Assembly: GCF_006345805.1 (NCBI RefSeq)
Contig: NC_042998.1
Location: 37,944,001 to 38,008,000, forward strand
Reading direction: 5' to 3'
DNA length: 64,000 nt
Source of the DNA: Octopus sinensis
Lineage: Eukaryota
The notes beneath the pieces were generated by a model that saw only the letters and a list, made by a program, of their open reading frames with translations, made no database searches and was not told the origin of the DNA. Position numbers and translations under genes: made by a program. Positions 1 through 11,726 of this stretch are shown piece by piece (the stretch's first letter is position 1; each line of letters starts with the position of its first letter).

Positions 1-103
1 AAAGGCAAAGTCGCTCTCGGTGGAATTTGAACGCAAGACGTAAAGTCGGATGAAATGCTGTTAAAGATCCTGTCAGGTGTGCTAACGATTCTGCTCACTC
101 CCC
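1..103 (-). mobile_element. SINE family A copy (5' part, truncated by window edge)
   Basis: Reverse complement aligns by eye to the GGCAGAATCGTTAGCAC...GTTCAAATTCCRCCGAG-GTCGACTTTGCCTTT consensus seen at 13296, 56011, 58737 and 61469. Confidence 0.8.
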
Positions 104-1116
104 ACTTTAACTAACCTTGATATATTAAAAATCTCCAGATGTGATAAAAATTTTATTATGTAATAAAAATAATATGAATATACATATATTTTTCTGATGT
201 TGTTCTTGGCACAAATGAATGTTAAGAAAATTACAGAATAGGCTTCTGTGACTTTCATGCCTTTGCTATAGTAACATAAACAAATTGAAATTATGTCAAT
301 GGAAACCGAAACGAAGTTCCGTTTGCGACTTGATGATAAATTCCCACAGAATCTCCAAAGTTCAACACTGAACAAGTATTTTCTATTGTATGATGTATGC
401 ATGGTTTGTATGTTAGAGGAAGGTGGAAGCGTACTTCCTGCCTTGCTTTATTTACTTTGATTTCAAAGTAACGTGAAATGGATGATAAATTAAGATTCAA
501 GCAAATACATAATACGTATAATGAAAGCTATTGTGTAGGTAAGACATGAAGCATAAAATAGAGACACTGATGAAAGGATTGCATGAAGCGATTTATAACA
601 GCAGTCGCTGTATCTCGTGGAAATACAAGTCTTCTCATCAAAGGACCTCAGTAGCAAAGCAATTATTCTTTTTTGTGACACCATAAAATATAATTCGATT
701 TACAGTAGGACTAATATTTTGCTTTAAAGTCTGCCAAACTTGCAGAAAATTGAAATTACGTATTAACTATGAAATAAATTGAAAATAAAATCAGACAATT
801 ATTAATTATGCATAAAGAAATAGTTAACTCGCTGGGATTGAAGTGGAAAAATGCTTCTGGCTTGCTTCATGATAGGAGATCACTCTCTTATTTCTCTCAC
901 TTCCATAATCCGAAATGACTCAAAGCTACTCTGCCGCTTGGATTTGTAGTGAAGAAAACTTACAAGTTCATTTTCATTTATCACCATAATCAATTTTATT
1001 TTCAAAATCATCATCAGAGGAATCGTTCTTGCTATTAATACATTTATCGATACCGTGAGGTCAGTGAGAGAATCGGTCAATATACTCAGCGAAATATCTT
1101 CTAACCGCATATATTC

Positions 1117-1217
1117 CAAGTTCAAAACCTGCCGAGGTAGTTGTTTACAGGGGTCGATCTAATCGACTGGCCCCTCTCTCCCCAAATTTCGGGCCTTGTG
1201 CCTAGAGTAGAAAAGAA
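1117..1217 (+). mobile_element. SINE family A fragment (B-box remnant joined to 3' tail)
   Basis: GGGGTCGATCTAATCGACTGGCCCC...CCCAAATTTCGGGCCTTGTGCCTAGAGTAGAAAAGAA is nearly identical to the tail at 59290-59354. Confidence 0.8.
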
Positions 1218-1399
1218 AATATATTGATTCAAAACTATACGTTGAAAGCTTCCTGACTTTTTAAGTAATAATCATAAAATAAAGTTATATGCAAGTAATA
1301 CTACGCACAATGTGTTGTGTCATTCTAATCACATATCTCTGGTACCGAACTAGAAATTGGTAAGTGCGATGAATTTCTCGGGGAAACTGAAGGCGGTAA

Positions 1400-1880
1400 G
1401 GTGGAATTAGCTGGTCTATTTCGGAGAACTTTTGCGTAGGAGTATGGAATTAGATCTGCACGCACTTGTACTGCATTAAACAATGATACAGAAACGTTTT
1501 GAAAAGCTGTTCTTGAGTGTAGTATGATGTTTAGCCATCTGCTGAATCTATCATGAGAATTCTTAAGAAAGTGTTTATATCATGTTCTTCTTTCGAGTTG
1601 TTATTCCAAAGAAACTGTCTGATGGGTATGGCTACAAGGATTTGGAACAGACAAGTTCCTGTTTGGTCAGGTACTCATCGACTTTTCGCGATCCACTTGG
1701 AAACAAGAGAGTAGAGAAGCTCGGGCTCACCCATAGAATCTTTTGTAAAATGGCTGAGGACTGTTGCAAAAATGGTTCTATTCTAAGCATGCGGTTGTAG
1801 GTAGGAAATACCTGATAGCCGGACTCTGCCATTAGTGGTCACTGTGTGCCTGGATACGAGGACGGGGTTCCATGAATGTC
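1400..1880 (-). pseudogene. Possible piggyBac (PGBD-like) transposase remnant
   Basis: Minus-strand peptides PTYNRMLRIEPFLQ, VDEYL, YPSDSFFGI and ILMIDSADG occur in the order of the piggyBac motifs YDRLxKIRPFL / VDE / YIPxKxxxFGIK / LCDSxTGY. Stops and frameshifts are present; the similarity is weak and judged from memory. Confidence 0.35.
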
Positions 1881-2685
1881 CTTAGTTGGAGGCGTTATTG
1901 TATCAAGAGGTCAGCCTCAACATGGGTTTATATAACTGTTGATTATCTGTAGGTTTCTCTCTCATCTCCCACAACTCTTCTTTTCTCACACCTTTTAAGG
2001 TAAACTTCAATGCAATTTATAATATGTTCATGTAACACCTGCCTTGTTAACTATAAGAAATCACTACGCCATATGCCCGCGATTGTGGATGAGCAACTTT
2101 GCAAAAAATTGCACCTCCTGAATAGATTTCCTCTACGCTGCATAACATTCTTCGGTCATAAACATGTAGTGAGTAATTATTAGAACTACACACTCAATCC
2201 TTTTTCTTTTTCTTCTGTAGTTTCAGCTCAGAGCTACGGCCATGCTGATTGACTTTGTCCACATTCACAATTTAACCATTGATTGTTTGCATGAATACGC
2301 CTACAATTATACGCATTGTCTTTTTTCTCTCTATCTGTCTCCAATGGCCATATATTCACTGGTAAGTCAAAATACATACATACAATCTAGATATGCGAAT
2401 TCACATTAGAAATCCAAATCAAACATCACCAAGATATACAAGGAGACAAACTTCAATACTAAATATTGTAACACGCACAACTAAATATAGAAGACCACAC
2501 GCAAAATCTCTATCTATCTATCAATCCATCTCTCTGCTCTCTCTCTCCACCCTTCTCTCTCTCTCCATCTTTATATATTTATATATATATATATATAATC
2601 TCTAATTGACAGTACGGAAGACTTATAATCATATTCCTAATTAAATTATGGTTAATTGTCCCTAGAGTATGCACACACACACACA

Positions 2686-2721
<36 letters not shown>

Positions 2722-2935
2722 TACACAGGTACAGACGTAAATGCACGTGCAGATATGGATACAGGCCACATAAAGACAAACTGAAATGAACAGAAGACCA
2801 GGAGAATAGAAAGAAGAGAAACGGAAGGTCGCTGAAGAGATCACAGAATGGGCGACTAAAATCTATGATAGGAAAGGTGCGTGTTTATTGGCAAAACAAA
2901 GAAAGAAAATCACTCTACGCAAATATATATATATT

Positions 2936-2972
<37 letters not shown>

Positions 2973-2987
2973 CTTATATAAAATCCG

Positions 2988-3018
<31 letters not shown>

Positions 3019-3510
3019 CCTTCTAAGATCTCAGGCATCCTTCATTCGATTGCGCTCAAATTTGATATGTAGATACCGACGGTATCAGTGCGTGTATAAG
3101 TCTTTAAAAATAATTTAAAAATCGATTCCAGGTGAGAATGCGATCGATAAAACCGTTTTTGTCCTGCTTTTCTTCCGTCAACCTGTACATAACTGCACCT
3201 TCCATTTTTTGTTGTTTTTTCCTGCCAAGCTTACTGTTTAAACCATGTTTGTGTTCTCCCAGTCAACAGCTTCATCATTACTGGTACTTTAAACTCTTCG
3301 GTTGAATATTTGTGTGAATAAAATCGTTTTTCTTTGGAATAAAAAAAAAGCCTATCTTTATTTCTTCTTTTGCTGGTGTCTAAAATTTAGGTTAATTCAG
3401 TGTTTCTCAAAGGGGAGGCCTATGGGACAGTCGGACAAGTTGTTTTGAGAAAATTTGGTTTAAATGTTCGACAACTCAGCACCGTCCACTGGACGGGGGG
3501 CGTTTTGCTC

Positions 3511-3555
<45 letters not shown>

Positions 3556-3935
3556 GCCGCAGGAGTGGCTGTATGGTAAGTAGCTTGCTTACAAACCACA
3601 TGGTTCCGGGCTCATTCTCACTGCGTGGCACCGTGGGCAAGTGTCTTCTACTATAGCCTAGGTCCGACCAAACCCTTATGAGTAGATTTGGTAGACGTAA
3701 ACTGAAAGAAGCCCGTCTTTTTTAAATATGTGTGTGTGTGTGTGTGTGTGTGTATGTTTGTGTGTCTGTGTTTGTCCCCCCACCACCATCGCTTGTCAAC
3801 CGATGCTGGTGTGTATATGCCCCTGTCACTTAGCGGTTCGGTAAAAAAAGTCGTGGGGTCGATTTGTACGAATAAGGGCGGTACTCCCGCATAGCCGCAG
3901 TCAAATGACTGAAACAAGTAAAAGAATAAAAGAAT
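3556..3935 (+). mobile_element. SINE family B copy with internal (TG)n
   Basis: tRNA-like head GCAGGAGTGGCTGTATGGTAAG...CATGGTTCCGGG, body GATTTGGTAGACGxAAACTGAAAGAAGCCCGTC, tail GACTGAAACAAGTAAAAGAATAAAAG. Homologous to 22717 and 48595/49495. Confidence 0.85.
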
Positions 3936-4609
3936 ATGGATCCGGGGTGGCCACCACAGGCATGAGCACAGATGTCACATAGTTATCCTTTTTAAACATC
4001 AGTGGACCGATGTCACAAGATCTCTCTTTCGCGGAGATCTTGTGGCATGTAATGAGCCTTTATGCATACCACTCACTGAAAGACATCTAAAACTCGACAT
4101 CGCAAATGCAGAAGTATTCATACCAAAACATGTTATGTTGTGAAACGACAGAAATGACAGAAATGATGATGAACTTACAATGTACATCTGTTAAGACCTC
4201 ACGATTCTTTTGTCCTTCTCCTTGACCGAACCGAAATAGGAGACTGCACAATTTTCTTCTTTTTTTCGGTGATCTCTTGCCAGTATTTTTTATATTTCTA
4301 TGGTTGTTTTTCTTTTTCAGGCTCTGACACAACGATAGACTTCTCATTCGAGGTTAGATCACGTTTCCAACCTATAATGACACTTAAACTGGGTACCAGC
4401 CTAATAATTTGGGACAGCAGAAATGTTGCTGCTACACTATAATGACCGCCTTTTGTTTTCGTCTGCGCAGATCTGATTTATTTTAACAGAATATGCGCAG
4501 ATAAGTGTTGCCAACAGTCAGTGGGAAAATAACTGGTTTTGAACGGGTATACATTTATTTATTGAGATAAAATTGATTAGCCTTATAATGTGGGACGCAG
4601 TGTAAAGTC

Positions 4610-5300
4610 TGTCTTCTTTCCGTTGCAAAAAGAAGAACGCATGCCCATCAACGACGATGCAAGCTTCCTGCCAATTTGTTCTGACGATTGCACACAACTC
4701 AAATAAGTCAAGAGTGTTAAGCGCCTGTTTTTTCTGGCAGTAAAATAGATTTTGACATGTAAGGGAAAGCCAGGTGTTCGTGCAACAAGCTTCAAGTCAT
4801 ATGCTAATCAAAAGTACCGAAGCCAACAAAGCTTGACTTCTTCGGGACCTGGGTATTTCGTATATCTTTCATGGAACGCAAACCTGGTCAAAGAAAGATG
4901 AGCTTCATGTCCATCTTGATGCTACATACACAGAGCTCCTCATTATTGTTCAGGATATTTCGTGGTATATGTGAGGCACCAAAAGAAAATTTCTGGGTAT
5001 ATCTCACACATCTCAAGCATGGCTACTGAACATAGGTTATGTTTTATTGACGTCTGTCATCGTGGTGAAAGACTCAGTATTTCGGACGGTATATCTTGGA
5101 TATTTTTCTAATCTAATTGATTATGATGAAAACGATGCGACATGGACAAACGAAATGCGTTTGCATCTGCCTGAATGAAGAATTTTAGTCCTCAACACTC
5201 CCTTCGGTCGCGTTTCGCGTCATTTGTTATATGGTGAAGCGAAATACCATGTTGTTTTTTACGAGTTCCTTTGTCACCAAACTTTGTTTTCGTTTGAGTT
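4610..5300 (+). pseudogene. PIF/Harbinger (DDE_Tnp_4-like) transposase remnant
   Basis: Fragments LLRDLGIS (4837), HLDATYTEL (about 4912) and MATEHRLCFIDVCHRGERLSISDGI (5019) resemble Harbinger motifs HLATGATYTEL and MAxCDAxYRFxxVDVGxxGRxSDGGV. Multiple frameshifts. Confidence 0.55.
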
Positions 5301-5978
5301 TGTAATTAAAGATATTTTATTAAACATTTAAAGAAATAACTGAAATGTACCCATGTCATGAGCTAAAAGTGACTGACGGCAATATCAACTGAATGCCACA
5401 AAATAATAAACAATAAATTTCCTTTTTCAAGAGAAAGAGACAAAATATACCTCCTGGTAATTATTAGCAATTCTCATAGAACCAGTGAGATGATTTCGAG
5501 AAATTAAAATTTGGTTTCACTAATTGAAATTGTATTCTTAGGTGGGGAAATCTAAAATTTGTTTACGATGGATCGAGTGAGCTCGAGGTTTAGTTAGACT
5601 AATGAATAAAAGCGGGACCCAATAGGACAGAACATGTCTATGGCGCTACCACTACCAGAGAACAAACATCGGATTTTCTGTGAAGAATTTGAACTCGAAA
5701 TTACCTGAATTGTTCTTCGAGCGTCGATTATAATTACAGTTAAGCTTTTGTTTAGTTTGTCAAGGTACATTTCAATTAATTCATAATTTTTCGTTAGTGA
5801 ATCAGTCCATCGTCGTCTCAAATAATTTCTTTAAACTTGTCATTAACCCAGAATTCCTTGTATATGTCTTTCAGTACATTACAATCAGTTATCAAAATTT
5901 TGGTCATTAAACTCCGCGTGTTGCCTACAGAAAAGAATATTATTAAATATTTATATTATTTATACGTATGTGTATATT

Positions 5979-6028
<50 letters not shown>

Positions 6029-8024
6029 CAAAATAAGCAACAAGGATATCAGAGGTAATGCAGTACGATCGTTTCAGAAGAAACACGTCTCTACTCTCCT
6101 GATCCAGTGTGCTTACATAGGAGGTGTTTAACATAACATTTAGACAATTATACATACCAAGAAGACATTAAGGCCTTCCATTCACATAAATAACACGCAA
6201 GTATGACCCTATCGAACATCTGTCCAAATCGTGAACGTATCCACCTCAACAATGATTGCCCCACAAATGTATTCTTTCCTATTGAGGTCTAGAAAATTCT
6301 TTCAAAACCATGATGCTGTACTACTCTTACCATTGGAGTGATGCTGCTACTAAACATACAAACCCACGCAATTCCTACCCCTCCCCAGAAAAAAAAAAAT
6401 GAAAATAAATCCACCTGAGTGATTGCTATATAGTCGTTTGTTAACATAGTTCACTGCATAGGCAAATATGCAAACGGAAGCTTTATCTCCCCTTTTAAGC
6501 AAGCACATATCTACACACACACAGACATACTCGCAGACTTTGAGGACTTTGCGGACGGAGGCAAATCAAATGACGTGAATAACAACGAAGGGACTTTAAC
6601 TGACAAACAAACGATTGTTTATTTAATCTAAACATTAAACAAACGATCGATTAGTTTGTTGGATTTATATTTAAGCAATTGACTAACAATGAAAAACTTA
6701 TGTTGAACCAGTGCGTGTGTTATAAAGTAATTTCAGTATGACCCTCCCAAAATACAAAATTTAAAAGCAGGATAAACCATTGTTCAATTTAATTTACGAA
6801 GCAGAGCCAAAACTTTTCGTCTGCACCCTCACGTGACATTTCTTTAGAAATGTGACAACTGCTCTGTTCAGAGATGTCTTCGCTACGGAATTACTAGATA
6901 CGAACCAGTGACGTCTAGACATGAAGACCTTCAAAATATTGATGCGTCCAGCTGCAAGCCGCATTACGTGATTTTAAGTAGAAGCTAACTAACTCGCTCT
7001 GAGATGACACCACACTTAACTGTGTTAGCCCAAGTAAATAAACATCGTCACATTTATCCATGCAAAGTAGTTATAATAAATGTTGGGTAGGTTATTTGAA
7101 TAAAATGTTGGTCGGCTCACTGAAGGGCATATCAAGTAGCTGTGGAAAAGAAAACAGCTCTGCACACATTTTCTGTTGATAGTGGGTGACTTGAAGTTGT
7201 TGGTTTTTATGTCAAAACAACGGTTTGCAAAATACCTGTCACATTGCTTCAGAAAAGGAATTTATAAACATACTCAGTACCAGAATAATGACATGGGAAA
7301 ATGTCCCAGGGATGCCATCTGCCAGAAAAAAAAAAAAACATATACATATGTCTTTTTGTGGAAAGATCATCGGATTACGTGTGTTACGCTCCACTGAAAC
7401 CATAGCAACTGACGATAGATGCATACATTCGATCCTTCATATGCCTTATTTGTTCCCTGATTTTGGCAAAAGGTCAGCGAAGTGATATTAGACAAGTACT
7501 TAACTTTATAAACACCGGAATGATAAATTTTAAAAAAGCCCTGTTGTTACAGGTGGCACTTGGACTTACTTGTAAGGAACTGGCACAGTGCCGCTAAACA
7601 TTTCCCAAACGATTCTGATAGCTCATGGCCTTTACTCCCCTCCCCTATTCCGTCTTTGTCTTTTCGCTTACTCCTCTTTCTCTTATAGCCTTTCCTTTTT
7701 TCTCCTTAACTCACCTCTCTCTTTCTCCCTTAATTCTCGTCTTCCTTTTCTTTTTCTGACACATCTTTATTTTTTTCTTTTCATTTTATTTCTGTCACTC
7801 AACTTCAGCTTTTCTTCTTCCTTCTCTGTTGCTTCTTCGTTTTCCCCTCTTTCTCATATTTTCTGTCCATCACCAGAACTGCTGCCAAGGAAACTATTTC
7901 TCCATTTGCAAATCCCATCAGTCATAACTTGTCTGAAGATGGAACTCAGAGTGGCAAGAAACTGACTCGACCAAACCACATCCCTATGATGGTAGTGATC
8001 AAAATTTTTCTCTGTCAGTTATCA

Positions 8025-8025
<1 letters not shown>

Positions 8026-8077
<52 letters not shown>

Positions 8078-8100
8078 GACATATACATTTACATTTTATT

Positions 8101-8154
<54 letters not shown>

Positions 8155-8226
8155 CATTTACATTTTATTTGTATGTATATATATACATTTACATATATAT
8201 ATATACATACACATTTATATTCTATT

Positions 8227-8258
<32 letters not shown>

Positions 8259-8374
8259 TATATATTTACATTCTATTTGTATGTATATATAAATACACAT
8301 AAATCTATATATAGAGATAGATAGATAGATAGATATGTGTGTGTACCCACATATGCATATATGCGTGAGTGTGA

Positions 8375-8420
<46 letters not shown>

Positions 8421-8440
8421 TACAAACATATAGGCATAAC
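8026..8440. repeat. Compound (TA)n/(GATA)n/(TG)n microsatellite with a degenerate about 40-60 bp higher-order unit
   Basis: Direct inspection; the block ACATTTACATTTTATTTGTAT recurs at about 8083, 8153, 8199 and 8263. Confidence 0.9.
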
Positions 8441-9968
8441 CATGTATATGCACATCCCTTATATAGCCCTTCGTACACGTTCGTTTCACATGCGTATATT
8501 ATTCAAGTATAAGAACAAGCTGGAATATAACGAAAAAGAATAATGTTGCTACATTACATTTCATAATACATAAATTAAAATCAAATGGATGAAATATAAT
8601 TAAAAAAAAGCAAAAGTGATTAAATAATTAAAAGTAAAATATGGTAAAGTAATATTTATTAAATAAGAGAAATATTAGGGAAGGTGTGGAATGAAAAAAC
8701 TTTTAATCACAATTTAAAGAAAGGTCAGTAAGGAAATATAAATGAATAAGGAAGCATTGAAATTCGGGAAATATGTGTGTATGTGTGTTTGTATATTATA
8801 TATATTATATATATATATATAATATATATTTATTTAAATAAAGTAGTATTATTACCGTTATTTACAGTGATAATAAGGTGGCTAGCAAGTACACACCTTT
8901 ACAGGCACAATATAAATTATTTTAAGATTAGGTAGGGTATATAATACCACTTGCCAAAATCAGAGCCATTTCTCCAAAAACCACCATATATGACTGGGGT
9001 CCTTAAAAGATAAAGGTATCAGTTGCAACATCCATTGGAAGATCTTCGCCAAGTGTAAGCCCTAGAGCAACAGCAGTGGAAAGTGCGATCTATGTGATAT
9101 GGAAAGATAGATCATCTGGAAAAGCAGCTTAAACCCCTTCAAGAACTGAACTTTTCGGATCATGTCCATATGTGGTTAAATATTTGTTACGGTTTTGGTC
9201 GCCCCGAGATTACAGATAAGATTTGCTTTCTATATTGTGTCCACATACAAGCTTTTTATCTCTTAATAACGTAGAGGTTAAGGTATGTCTCGTTTTTTCT
9301 GTATTTTTTTCATTGTTTGATAAAAGTTCGTTTCTATGTTTTTCTTTTTATGTTTTCGTTTTTCATTGTGTTTAACATTTTTTGATGTCCTGTACCCATA
9401 CATGCATGTATGTATACATATATATGTAAGTATGTACATATATGTATTTATATATGCATATATTTATATATTATTTATATTATTATATGATCGAACGCCA
9501 CACATCCTTTTCCAAGTAAGTTTTATATATATACATATACATATATACATACATATATACATACATATATATCTATATCTATATATATAACCAAGAAAGC
9601 AACAAGAATGGATCGGTAGTTTAGTACAATTGTTTCATAGAATAAACATTTTATTTAAAGCTGCAAATATAACGTCTAGTATTCTTCAGCTAAATTTCAT
9701 ATAGGGTTTCCTAACATCTTAGAGAGTGTAAATATCCTTATGAAGTTATAGGAGTGAGTTCCATGAATTTGAAGTAATATTCCAAGCAGACTATATATGT
9801 TTTCCAATAATACAAAGTTTTAAAATTAATTATAGACATCCCAGAGAAGATAAATCTACTCATAAAGATGTGGATATAAGTTCCAAGAAACATGAGGAGT
9901 GATGCCGGTCAGACTACGGTTAAGTTCGCATCTAACAGTTGCAGACCAAATTCTATAGTAGCATGAAA

Positions 9969-10121
9969 GACATCGGGGTAGGTTTAGCTAGAGCAAAGGA
10001 CAGCAGGAGAAAAACAATATAATGGGGATGTAAGAAGGAATAAAGATACTACAAAGGAAGGTCAGTCTATATCAGTGGTGACAGAAAATCTAGGTCAGTG
10101 TAGAAGGAATCTGTTTTTAAC
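9969..10121 (-). repeat. Left arm of 150-bp inverted repeat ((TA)n-associated element end)
   Basis: Its reverse complement matches 10844-10994 apart from a 2-nt indel and one substitution. Confidence 0.92.
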
Positions 10122-10270
10122 ATATATATATATATATATGATAGTAGGTTTGAAAATGCAATTATAAAAGATGTTTATTCACTTGACCAGTTTCACTTTT
10201 TAAGAAAAAGATTGTCAAAAGTAACATGTAAAAGCTTTGTTGTGTTAGGTACTGGTTGTCACAAAATATT

Positions 10271-10305
<35 letters not shown>

Positions 10306-10803
10306 TCAACAATACCCTCAATTGTTGATATTATAATTCATTTCTCTCTGTCATACTGCCTCGGTTCTCGCGGTTAAAATATAATGTTTGCTAGATAGAC
10401 CACGTGGGTGGAAAAGGAGTGCAGAAATTTACGCCTGCGCATTTTGAATTTGTTGGCACTGTCAGTTGGAGCTGGTTCATTTGAAGCGACAAGTTCGCAG
10501 ATAGGTAAGGTTCCTTCTTTTTAGTGTTTCCAAATCCAAATTAAGAAATTTTGAGCTGACGAAAGAAATGCTGATTTTACTTGGCTAATCTTGAAACGTT
10601 GACGTACTCAAACGATCTATGTACTTGTGATATTTTTATGTATTTACCCCCAAACCTTCGTGAGCTGTCTGGAGTAAACATTATCTGAGAGAAATTTTCT
10701 TTAAGTAGTAGAAACGGCTAAAAAAATTTTTTTTGGCTGCTATTTCTACTAAGTTCAGTATGTGGTAAAGTAATTTATTTTACTAAGCCCTAATTATATA
10801 ATG

Positions 10804-10843
<40 letters not shown>

Positions 10844-11200
10844 GTTAAAAACAGATTCCTTCTACACTGACCTAGATTTTCTGTCACCACTGATATAGAC
10901 TGACCTTCCTTTGTAGTATCTTTATTCCTTCTTACATCCCCATTATATTTTTTCTCCTGCTGTCCTTTGCTCTAGCTAAACCTACCCCGTTGTCAAAATG
11001 TGACCTCGTGTGTATCGCTGGCGATTTTTTCCTCTGTCTTCCTCTCTCTGGATCTTTCCTTCTCCTATGTTTCCGACGAAGAGCTCTGCTCGAAACGTTA
11101 AACCCCCCTTCTTCCCTTCTTTCCTAAGCGTCCAATAATACTATATTTGTTCCACGTCCTCGCGTTGTTTTTTTTTAGTGTTTTCTTGTTTGGATATATA
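10844..11200 (+). mobile_element. (TA)n-flanked retroelement terminal fragment, probably Penelope-like; contains the right inverted-repeat arm and a hammerhead-like motif
   Basis: (TA)n on both sides and a pyrimidine-rich body. Its 3' 170 bp recur inverted at 37366-37533. Penelope assignment is inferred from the minimal hammerhead motif, not from an ORF. Confidence 0.55.
11069..11103 (+). ncRNA. Minimal type I hammerhead-ribozyme-like motif
   Basis: GTTT-CCGACGA-A-GAGC(TCT)GCTC-GAAA-CGT-T-AAAC: helix I GTTT/AAAC, core C(C)GAnGA with a U4C variant, 4-bp helix II, GAAA, and palindromic AACGTT in place of helix III. Confidence 0.55.
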
Positions 11201-11202
11201 TA

Positions 11203-11279
<77 letters not shown>

Positions 11280-11300
11280 ATATATATATATATATATATA
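11195..11300. repeat. (TA)n microsatellite
   Basis: Direct inspection. Confidence 0.95.
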
Positions 11301-11519
11301 ATTGAATAAGATGGAGTCAACAAGAAAGAGTACGCTAGGACATTTATTTGCAAACACTACAATTGTTTCTACGCAACGTAGTTCTCCAGACTTGCAGGTA
11401 TTTGGTTATGTAATATGAGCTCTAGATGTGACTTCTCAGGTGATATAAAACATTGTGTACGTAAATTCAAATTGTATGTATGTGTGTGTGTATGTGTAAG
11501 TGTGGCGTACGTGTGTATC

Positions 11520-11726
11520 TATGTCGTGTGCCTTTGTGTTTTCCCTCATCAGCGCTTGACAAACAGTGTTGGTTTGTTTACCTCCCTGCTTGTTAGCAGT
11601 TTCGCAGAAGAGACGGATGCAATAAGGGCCTGGCTTAAGAAAAAGAATTGGGTGTCAATCGGTTCGACTAAAACGTTCGATTCTTTGCGCCAGCATGGCT
11701 GCAGTTCATTGACTGAAACAATAAAG
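11520..11726 (+). mobile_element. SINE family B, diverged 3' half
   Basis: CATCAGCGCTTGACAAACAGTGTTGGTTTGTTTA...CCAGCATGGCTGCAGTTCATTGACTGAAACAATAAAG is homologous to 3780-3935. Confidence 0.7.

Noticed and set aside
3398-3410. CAGTGTTTCTCAA as a hAT/Charlie terminal inverted repeat
   Set aside because: No partner TIR or 8-bp TSD found nearby.
7588-7965. 125-aa hydrophobic ORF as a membrane protein
   Set aside because: The F/S/L bias follows from the CT-rich low-complexity DNA.
8885-9968. Penelope-like RT/GIY-YIG coding remnant next to the left inverted-repeat arm
   Set aside because: Only vague peptide resemblance and no canonical YxDD or GIY-YIG motif could be read, so it was not called as a feature.
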